From contig NW_019028993.1 of the NCBI RefSeq assembly GCF_002105155.1, positions 372,001 to 436,000 on the forward strand: a DNA stretch of 64,000 bases, in the 5' to 3' direction. The position numbers and the translations under genes are program-made. The notes beneath the pieces are model-generated. The model did not search any database and was not told the origin of the DNA. It saw nothing but the letters and a program-made list of their open reading frames with translations. Origin of the DNA: Lobosporangium transversale (lineage: Eukaryota). Shown here in pieces: positions 13,870 through 22,730 of this stretch (within the stretch, counting starts at the first letter, position 1; each line of letters begins with the position of its first letter).

Positions 13870-15045
13870 TTAGAGACGGGAAGCGGCCACGGTTTCCATA
13901 ACAACTCTATAGCGAGGACGACCTTCTTTTGAGTGCTTGAGCGCAGCATTAGCGTCACTCATTGGCATCTTCTCGATCCAAGGACGAACGTTCTTCTCGG
14001 CTGCAAACTGTAACATGTCCTCGTTGTCCTTCCTACTACCAATCAATGATCCAACCACAGCGACATCACGGTAGATCAAGGGCAAACCAGGTACACATAT
14101 GGGCTTGTTAGGCACGCACAAGACCACAAACTTGCCATGGTTGGCCACGAGGGATAAGTATTGACCCCAGTCAGCGTCGTCAGGCAAACCAGTACAAAGG
14201 ACAATATCTAATAACTCAGCAGCTGCTTTTATCTCCTCAGGTTTACTGAAATTCAGGAATCTTGTAGCACCGAGTTGTTTGGCCTCCTTACGTTTGCTCT
14301 CACCGGTGGAGATCGCAACGACTTCATCGCAGTTCATAGCTCTAGCCCACTGGATACCCAAGTGACCGAGACCACCGATGCCGATGATACCGACTTTCTT
14401 ACCAGGGCCAGCACCAAGATGCTTAAGGGGAGTATAAGTGGTCAGACCAGCACACATTAGCGGACCAGCTAATTTTGAATGGTAGATTAAAATATTGTTA
14501 ATTTTTTTCTTTAATATTATTTTTACTATTTCTATTTTCGCGTGTGTTTTACCTTCAGCAGGCAAGATCTGTGGGGGGATCTTGTAGACAAACTTGCTGT
14601 CCAGACGGATACGATCAGCAAAGCCACCGTAGCTGATGCCATTGCGTCCGTTCTTGTACGTGTCATCGAAGATAAAGGTTTTCTTCTTACAGAACTGGTC
14701 TAGATCTTTTTTACATTCATTGCATTGACCGCATGCTTCGATCAATCCACCAGCGCCAACAATATCACCGACCTGATGACGACTGCTTTTGCCAGCAACG
14801 ATCACTTTCCCAACGAGTTCGTGTCCGGCGATGCAAGGTCCATGCTTCAATGGGCCCCAATCGCCATTGATGGTGTGGGTATCTGAGGCGCAGATACCAC
14901 AGTGAGTGATCTCAATTTCGACATCCTCCGGACGCAATGGCTGAGGATGGTATGAGTAAGGCTTGACAGTGAGGTCTCCAGTAGAAGCCCATCCGGTGAA
15001 AGTGACAGATGTGTCCTCGGAGACCTTGGTATTAGAAACAGTCAT
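13870..15045 (-). CDS. NADPH-dependent zinc alcohol dehydrogenase, CAD/Adh6-like (one 84-nt intron 14552-14469)
   Basis: CGICASD, GHE, structural-Zn CGQCNEC..C, PLMCAGLT, GIGGLGH, RYRVV. Confidence 0.95.
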   Translation of the reverse strand: MTVSNTKVSEDTSVTFTGWASTGDLTVKPYSYHPQPLRPEDVEIEITHCGICASDTHTINGDWGPLKHGPCIAGHELVGKVIVAGKSSRHQVGDIVGAGGLIEACGQCNECKKDLDQFCKKKTFIFDDTYKNGRNGISYGGFADRIRLDSKFVYKIPPQILPAEGKTHAKIEIVKIILKKKINNILIYHSKLAGPLMCAGLTTYTPLKHLGAGPGKKVGIIGIGGLGHLGIQWARAMNCDEVVAISTGESKRKEAKQLGATRFLNFSKPEEIKAAAELLDIVLCTGLPDDADWGQYLSLVANHGKFVVLCVPNKPICVPGLPLIYRDVAVVGSLIGSRKDNEDMLQFAAEKNVRPWIEKMPMSDANAALKHSKEGRPRYRVVMETVAASRL

Positions 15046-16855
15046 GGTTATTCTTTCTTATGTATTAGGAAGTGTGGATTTAGTTTGGAAATGGATATAG
15101 AATTGGATTTGGACTTGGGATAATGTCTTTTTTCTTTGTTATGGTGTGTTATGTTGAGGTTGAAAAAAAATAAAGATTGGTGGTCGACGTTCAGCTTTTA
15201 TACCTCTTTCTACCTGTCTGCCTGTCTATACTTTTACTTCAATGCTCATTTGAGATACTGTCCGTCTTGGTTTGTCAGTAACTCATAGTTAAAACTATTT
15301 GTATCGAGGAGCCAATTAGTGCGCTTGTTTAGCTACATCGTAGATGCTGTCAATTCACCTGCCGTTTTTAATAAGCCTTTGCTGGTTCTAGAGTGCGCTA
15401 CTAAACTTTACTTTTGACCTTTTTGTCATTAAAGAATAATGGTTACGTATCCCCGATCTTAGAATTCTATTTCGTTTGCCCGATCTTTGCATGATTGATT
15501 AGAAAAAAAAAAAAAAAAACCTTATCTGGAGCAACGAGGGGCGTCTTGACTGCGGAACAGGAGCTATAAAGTTGTAGAGCGTAATGGTATACATACAACG
15601 TGAATACCATTTTTAGGTTCGTGCTATAATTTTCCCATTTTTCCATTTGGAAAGCCGGACCAATCCAAATAGAGAATTCGTTGATGTTTTGGCAAAACTA
15701 ATATCCGCTGCATGCATGCATGCATGTTAGTTACAAATAACGAAACCGAGCTCAGAAAACGATTTTTCTGAAAATAAAAAAAAAGGAGGCCTGCGTTGCT
15801 TGCCTATTGGATTAATTGGATTAATTGTAAGATAGATTACTTTGGGTCAATCAAGAAGAACAAAAGCGTCAACACTATGAAGGACTTTCAAATATGCAAC
15901 CTTCAGTTTGCAAAAAATGGTATCCCTTCCCTTTTTTTGTCAGTTATGCACTTTATCAAAAAAAATGAGGCTCTTCACGAGCCTGCGCAGCTTATGTGCG
16001 GTGCACTCACGCTCATTGACAAATTCTGTCATATAGGTCACAAGGGAATGATTTTCCTTCTAAGTGATTTGTGCCGCTTAGAAATTTCTCACTTTGGTCC
16101 CAGTCTGTCATTGAGCGTTAGTGCGTTGTACATAAGCCACACAGGCTGGTGACGAGTTTATAAAATCCACTTTGACAAAAAGTTCGACCAGACCGTATGA
16201 CTGTGCAATAATGTCTAGCAAGGTTTTTAAAATTATATTTGAGCTTCCCCAACTCATACATTGCTGTCTTGACATAACGAGGATTGCAACCGTTATGATC
16301 AGCATGGAGATGTATGTCGAGTATATGCATATGATATCAGAATGAGTTCAATCTTTGCGTAGGATATAATACTTTGCTTGTTTACCAGAAGCAAAACGCC
16401 GCTCTTAGAGAGTCACAGAGGAGTCGAAGAGTGGTATAAATTTTTAGTTTAAGGGTCCATTTCTACGTTACGCAAAGCTTAAGCTGCAAGTCAACATGCA
16501 GAAACAGGGCAGACAAAAAGCCAGAAGCAAAAACAGCAGAGGAAAAAGGAGTGCGACTTTCTTGTTAAAAATGACTTTCCCTCCGTCTGTGGACCTCTTT
16601 CTATACGGTAATTTATAATTTATATTTTAGATCAGATTATTTTTCTTTTACAGCAGCTCTCACAACGTACAGCATTGATATTTCTAAGAGACAAAGAGTA
16701 GTTCATAATAGTATATGTTTACAATGTTTATTATTCCTAGCCTCATCTCTTTAGTATCGAGAGTAAGAGGTTCGTGATTTCAACCACTAGCCGACTCGAA
16801 TTATCCCTGAGGCTAACTTCATTCTATGAGTGGTATCCTTGCTTGTTCACTCCAT

Positions 16856-17282
16856 TTAAGGCTTGATTGGGGGAATTCTAATATGAATATCGTCGGTGAA
16901 AGTGGGGTCCTTTGGCCCATCCGCCTCGGTGATGCTTTGAGGAGGAATTTTGATATGAGAGTTGGGAATTGGAGGGATCTTGATATGGATGCTATCAGCA
17001 GACTCAGCGACTGGAGGGATTTTAATATGGGTGCCGTCGGTGGAGATGGAGTTCTTTGCTCCATCCGACTCGGCGATTGGCATCTTGATTGGGCCAGCTA
17101 TAGAGTTAAATAGGACAAGATGGTAATGAGCTGAATGTTTAGCATACCCGAACAGTGTACAAATACAACACACAAACACAAGCATGCACATCCACATGGA
17201 CAGGTGTAAAAACCTTACCTTCGGTGGACATAACCAAGGCGGCAACGGTCATGGAAAGGGCGGCAGTGATTGAGAGCTTCAT
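16856..17282 (-). CDS. Secreted repeat-peptide precursor A (101 aa; exons 17282-17219 and 17097-16856)
   Basis: Spliced translation: MKLSITAALSMTVAALVMSTEAGPIKMPIAESDGAKNSISTDGTHIKIPPVAESADSIHIKIPPIPNSHIKIPPQSITEADGPKDPTFTDDIHIRIPPIKP*. GTAAG...TATAG intron, hydrophobic signal peptide, upstream TATA, paralog at 20898. Confidence 0.85.
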
Positions 17283-17368
17283 GATGTGAAATGGATAGTG
17301 GAGATTTAAGGAGCTATTTACAGTGTTGTAAGGTGCTTGAAGAAGAGAGAAGGAAAAAGAGCAAAAGG

Positions 17369-18582
17369 GTCTGGTTTTATATGAAAAAATACATGGATGG
17401 TGAAGCACTTGGTACACCGAGCTTGACACACCGAGCAACCAATAGGTATCTTCAAGTCAAAGATACTTTCCTGTTTGGCTATCTATACTCTATCTCAGTA
17501 ACATCAGGGATCTGAAACACTCACTAGATGTAGAACAGATCGCTTGTGCCGCTATGACAATGTAGTGGGACTATTAAGATATGTAGTCAAAACGCTTGTT
17601 TCACACATTTATGGCTATTCACGTTTTATGGCGCGTGACATGCTCCTCTAACAGTCGTCAATTGAAGTCAAACAGCATTAGTCGAAGTGATACGCTTATG
17701 AAACACCCAATCACGCAAGTCTTGTCGTCATACAAAATTAATGAGGCAGATAAGGTAAACGCAGGATGGGCAGCATATAAATCCTGTAGCTAGAAAGACA
17801 TAGCACGCATGTAGGATAGTTGGGGTAGTTGAGCAGCAGGATGCAGTCATGTATTACAAAACCAAGCAGACGAAGCTGCTTACCTTTGCTGCCACTATCA
17901 TGATCGATGCATTTGTCTTTGGGATGCTCAATCAGGGTCTAACTGTTCACACTATAGAGGCACAAGGCCAATGCGACAGTATTCCAGTCTTGGGGTTTTT
18001 TTTTACCCCTTGGTAGCCAATTGGCCTGTCTTTACTTGCACATATTCTACAGAAGAATAATAATAGCAGGTATGCTACCCCTATCTACTGATTACTAGAT
18101 TTGATTGTTTAAAATGTTTCTAATGATGAACCTAGTTGAATCAGAATTACTCGAGAAACTTCCTGTTTGACTTAAAAATCACAAAGCTTATCTAGGCAAT
18201 CCGTCCAATAGCTAAGATATAACACTTATCTAGGGCTGAAAACTAGAACACGAGCTTAAAGCTCGACTCCATCCTTCTCAATCTGGGGAAATGGAGTTGC
18301 CCTTGTTTCGGGTTAAATAATCTAAACATTTTCACGGTAAATGCGGCTTACAGCGTCCATGATGAAATGAAGCCAAAGTACGCTAGGAAAATCATACCTC
18401 AAGTAGTGAGGCGGTTCAACACTGAATCGAAAAGCCTGCAATCCCTTGGGGCGATTGAAAGCATATCGTTAAAAACCTTTAGAGTCTCCTAGTTGCTTTG
18501 GTTGAATAGCTATCGAGTTTCTATACTGAGGATGTTTAGCGCAGATGTGCCTAGACAAATATTCAGCAACAGGTTACAAAGG
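17369..18582. repeat. Left arm of 1214-bp inverted repeat (promoter of precursor A)
   Basis: Reverse complement of 19599-20812. The coordinate sum is 38181 at both ends and at the identical spurious ORFs 17596-17793 / 20388-20585, so there is no net indel. No mismatch in the segments I compared. Confidence 0.97.
17375..17381 (-). promoter_or_regulatory. TATA box of precursor A
   Basis: TATAAAA on the minus strand ~92 nt upstream of ATG 17282, followed by a pyrimidine-rich leader. Confidence 0.65.
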
Positions 18583-18628
18583 CAAGCTCTACATGGAGAA
18601 AGCGTTGTAATAACCTGCTTACCGGGGG

Positions 18629-18661
<33 letters not shown>

Positions 18662-19598
18662 ACCAGGATGATAGCCACCACAAGTGCAGCTTTGCCATAT
18701 ATAGCCAAGACTATGTTGTTATATATATCAGAACACCTGGATTTACCAGAGGTTCAAGGACAAGCAGCTGTTGCTGAGGTGGGGAGGATGACAACAGAGA
18801 AAGAGAAAGTGACCAAGCGGATAGCCTAGCTAGCCTTGCATTTTAGTCTGAATTGAAAACTTATTCATTGCTTGATAATAAATTAAAGACAATATCTATA
18901 CGTTAATTCTAGTTTTCGTAGATGTGTATTAGAATGAAGTCGATAATCTGACTACTGATAAAATGAGAAAATTATTATACGATGGGCATGTAAAGCGCAT
19001 AAGTCGAGCCTGAATCTTCCAGAAAATGTACATGAGAGGTATTGTAAACGATGCTAGGTGAATGCTGCACAGAAGGAGGAGCTCTTATTCAGTGTACGCG
19101 TGAACATATCGAGATTAAAAGTTTGGTTTTTTGTATTTGCTGAAGGGAAAGTGATACGCTTCGGGTGGAGCTTTTTTCACGAAAGGGCCTACCTGTAAGA
19201 TCAAAGCTGGCTTCACAAGTTCTCTGACTAGAGATAGCATGTCGTGCTCCAATCACTAGTGCTTCATGAACTGGGCTTGCTGCAAGCGTATCCTTTAGCC
19301 TCAGCTAGAACACCATCCAGTGGGAACATGAGTCTAGACTGCAGCTGGGAGTGTTTGAACCTCTTAGGTAGGGGTTCTTGGATTTGCAAGAGTGGACCTG
19401 GCCCTACCGTGTATTCAAACATAAAACATCATTTCTTGAAGATCTGTTGACATCTCGATATATGGTGACCTCATTTACTCATAGTAAACACCAAATAAGC
19501 ATAAGGGAACCATAATCTCTATTGATACTTATAATTATTCAGAGATTCGAAAATATTTAATAGGATTTCTTCATCTTCAAGCAGAAGCTAGATAGGAA

Positions 19599-20812
19599 CC
19601 TTTGTAACCTGTTGCTGAATATTTGTCTAGGCACATCTGCGCTAAACATCCTCAGTATAGAAACTCGATAGCTATTCAACCAAAGCAACTAGGAGACTCT
19701 AAAGGTTTTTAACGATATGCTTTCAATCGCCCCAAGGGATTGCAGGCTTTTCGATTCAGTGTTGAACCGCCTCACTACTTGAGGTATGATTTTCCTAGCG
19801 TACTTTGGCTTCATTTCATCATGGACGCTGTAAGCCGCATTTACCGTGAAAATGTTTAGATTATTTAACCCGAAACAAGGGCAACTCCATTTCCCCAGAT
19901 TGAGAAGGATGGAGTCGAGCTTTAAGCTCGTGTTCTAGTTTTCAGCCCTAGATAAGTGTTATATCTTAGCTATTGGACGGATTGCCTAGATAAGCTTTGT
20001 GATTTTTAAGTCAAACAGGAAGTTTCTCGAGTAATTCTGATTCAACTAGGTTCATCATTAGAAACATTTTAAACAATCAAATCTAGTAATCAGTAGATAG
20101 GGGTAGCATACCTGCTATTATTATTCTTCTGTAGAATATGTGCAAGTAAAGACAGGCCAATTGGCTACCAAGGGGTAAAAAAAAACCCCAAGACTGGAAT
20201 ACTGTCGCATTGGCCTTGTGCCTCTATAGTGTGAACAGTTAGACCCTGATTGAGCATCCCAAAGACAAATGCATCGATCATGATAGTGGCAGCAAAGGTA
20301 AGCAGCTTCGTCTGCTTGGTTTTGTAATACATGACTGCATCCTGCTGCTCAACTACCCCAACTATCCTACATGCGTGCTATGTCTTTCTAGCTACAGGAT
20401 TTATATGCTGCCCATCCTGCGTTTACCTTATCTGCCTCATTAATTTTGTATGACGACAAGACTTGCGTGATTGGGTGTTTCATAAGCGTATCACTTCGAC
20501 TAATGCTGTTTGACTTCAATTGACGACTGTTAGAGGAGCATGTCACGCGCCATAAAACGTGAATAGCCATAAATGTGTGAAACAAGCGTTTTGACTACAT
20601 ATCTTAATAGTCCCACTACATTGTCATAGCGGCACAAGCGATCTGTTCTACATCTAGTGAGTGTTTCAGATCCCTGATGTTACTGAGATAGAGTATAGAT
20701 AGCCAAACAGGAAAGTATCTTTGACTTGAAGATACCTATTGGTTGCTCGGTGTGTCAAGCTCGGTGTACCAAGTGCTTCACCATCCATGTATTTTTTCAT
20801 ATAAAACCAGAC
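19599..20812. repeat. Right arm of 1214-bp inverted repeat (promoter of precursor B)
   Basis: Reverse complement of 17369-18582. The arms are separated by a unique 1016-bp spacer (18583-19598). Confidence 0.97.
20800..20806 (+). promoter_or_regulatory. TATA box of precursor B
   Basis: TATAAAA ~91 nt upstream of ATG 20898. Confidence 0.65.
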
Positions 20813-20897
20813 TCTTTTACTCCTCTTCCTTTTCTTCTTTCAAACACATCACAACACTGTAAAAAGCTCCTCAGGTCTTCTCTATCCATTTCACATC

Positions 20898-21595
20898 ATG
20901 AAGCTCTCAATCACCGCCGCCCTTTCCGTGGCTGCTGCCGCCTTGGTTATGTCTACCGAAGGTAAGATCTTTACACCTGTCCATACTCCTGTGCATGTTT
21001 GCGTCTGCGTGTTTTGTATTTATACACTGTTCAAGTATGCTAATAGTCAGCTCATTACCATCTTGTCCTATTTAACTCTATAGCTGGCCCAATCAAGAAG
21101 ATCCCACTCGCCACAGTCAAGGAGGCATCTGGACCTCATCTCACTGACTCGGCCAAAGAGGAATCTAGATGGAAGCTCATTGAACTCAAGGGACCTCATC
21201 TCGTTGATGACTCTGTCGAGGAGGATTCTAAATGGGGCACAATTATATATGGATCGAGTCACGGGCCATTCAAGGGACCTCATCTCGTTGATGACTCGGC
21301 CAAGGAGGCTAGACACCCCATCTGGTACAAGGGACCTCATCTCATTGATGACTCAGTCAAGGAGGCTTCTGGGCCTCATCTCGTTGACTCGGTCAAAGAG
21401 GAATCTAGACGGTTCCCCATTGAATTCAAGGGACCTCGTTTCGATGATGACTCGGCCAAGGAGGCTAGATATGATTATGGAGTCAAGCCACTCAAGGGAC
21501 CTCGTTTCGATGATGACTCAGTCAAGGAGGATAGGCATATCAAGGTCCCAATCGGTCCAATCAAGAAGGCATCTGGACCTCATCTCGCTGACTAG
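20898..21595 (+). CDS. Secreted multi-core repeat-peptide precursor B (191 aa; exons 20898-20961 and 21084-21595)
   Basis: Spliced translation: MKLSITAALSVAAAALVMSTEAGPIKKIPLATVKEASGPHLTDSAKEESRWKLIELKGPHLVDDSVEEDSKWGTIIYGSSHGPFKGPHLVDDSAKEARHPIWYKGPHLIDDSVKEASGPHLVDSVKEESRRFPIEFKGPRFDDDSAKEARYDYGVKPLKGPRFDDDSVKEDRHIKVPIGPIKKASGPHLAD*. GTAAG...TATAG intron in the same phase and position as in paralog A. Confidence 0.88.
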
Positions 21596-22110
21596 ATCAT
21601 GAAGGCGTCACGCCCCATCGGGAAATAGACAGCTCATTCAAGGCTTCTAGGATCCAGAGAAGGGGCAATTCATGGGGATCGACTTATGGAATGAAATCAG
21701 TCTTAGGAATGATGTTAACTGTGTACAGGAATAACGACTCTCAATACTAAACATGTTAAGACCAGAAATAAATGTAAATATTATAAATTACTTTTTGCCT
21801 CTTAAAAATATCAATGCTGTATATTGTGAGAGCTGTGAGGAAAAACAATATGACCTAAATTACAACAAGGAGCTTCGTAATATGATATATTCGTGGGTTA
21901 CTGGATCACTGGATCTCAAAGGGAAAAATAGAAAAGAAAAGAAACATAATGAAAAGTAATGAAAAAGAATAGAGAATTAGAAAAAAAAAAAAAAAAAAAA
22001 AAAAAGTAAAAAAGGATAATAGAAAAAAGTAAGGATAAGAATATTAAAAAATGGAAAAAAGTAACCCTGTCTCTTTACCTATCTCTTTACCAATTCTTCC
22101 ATATTTTTTA

Positions 22111-22183
22111 TCTGTTCTTACCTGTTCTTACCTGTTCTTACCTGTTCTTACCTGTTCTTACCTGTTCTTACCTGCTCTTACCT
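22111..22183. repeat. 10-bp minisatellite (CCTGTTCTTA)~7
   Basis: Direct reading of tandem units. Confidence 0.95.
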
Positions 22184-22632
22184 ATTTTATATGCTTACCT
22201 TATTTATTTATTTCATTATTGTTATTATCACTTTCTATTTACTAAAGTCGTAAGGATCCGTGGTTGTGTGCTAAGCAACATCACGGCCATGGCACGAGAC
22301 ATTACAAAAAAATCACAAGTCTTGAATAAATACGTTTTAAGCCCGTCCAAAAATGACCAGAGCTCGATGATGGGTTCCTTCAAACGCCATCCATGGCCTC
22401 CATGATATAACCAGGCTTCAATGATTGGCTTGTTCCACCCATTGGTACGCATGCATGATTAAATTGATTGGACACTTAAAGACGTTGAATATTTCTGTGC
22501 CATGAGTATGGCTATCAAGAGAATGAAATTATCATACGCACTCTTTTTTATTTCATTGGCAGTGCTGATATGTAATATAGTTGATCGGTTTCTTCTAAAT
22601 TGTTCAAAAGTCCAATCCATCTATGCGTTCCA

Positions 22633-22730
22633 AAAAATAAAAATAAAAATAAAAATAAAAATAAAAATAAAAATAAAAATAAAAATAAAAATAAAAATAA
22701 AAATAAAAATAAAAATAAAAATAAAAATAA
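22633..22730. repeat. (AAAAAT)~16 hexamer microsatellite
   Basis: Direct reading; it generates the spurious KIKIKI / NKNKNK / FYFYFY ORFs. Confidence 0.95.

Noticed and set aside
17596..17793. Identical 65-aa ORFs at 17596-17793 (+) and 20388-20585 (-)
   Set aside because: They begin at a non-ATG codon, have no recognisable motif, and are simply a by-product of the inverted repeat.
17369..20812. Foldback or Mutator-like transposon with long TIRs
   Set aside because: Homology continues beyond the identical arms through leader, signal exon, intron and 3' flank of both genes. No transposase or target-site duplication is visible. An inverted gene duplication fits better.
21116..21595. CRISPR-like array (repeat CAAGGGACCTCATCTCGTTGATGACTCGGCCAAGGAGG with unique spacers)
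   Set aside because: Eukaryotic context with no cas genes. All units keep one reading frame that is spliced to a signal-peptide exon, and spacer lengths vary in whole codons. It is a coding repeat.
21180..21602. 140-aa ORF with SRDLISLMT repeats
   Set aside because: It is an alternative frame of precursor B with a non-ATG start. Splice phase and the paralog support the KGPHL frame.
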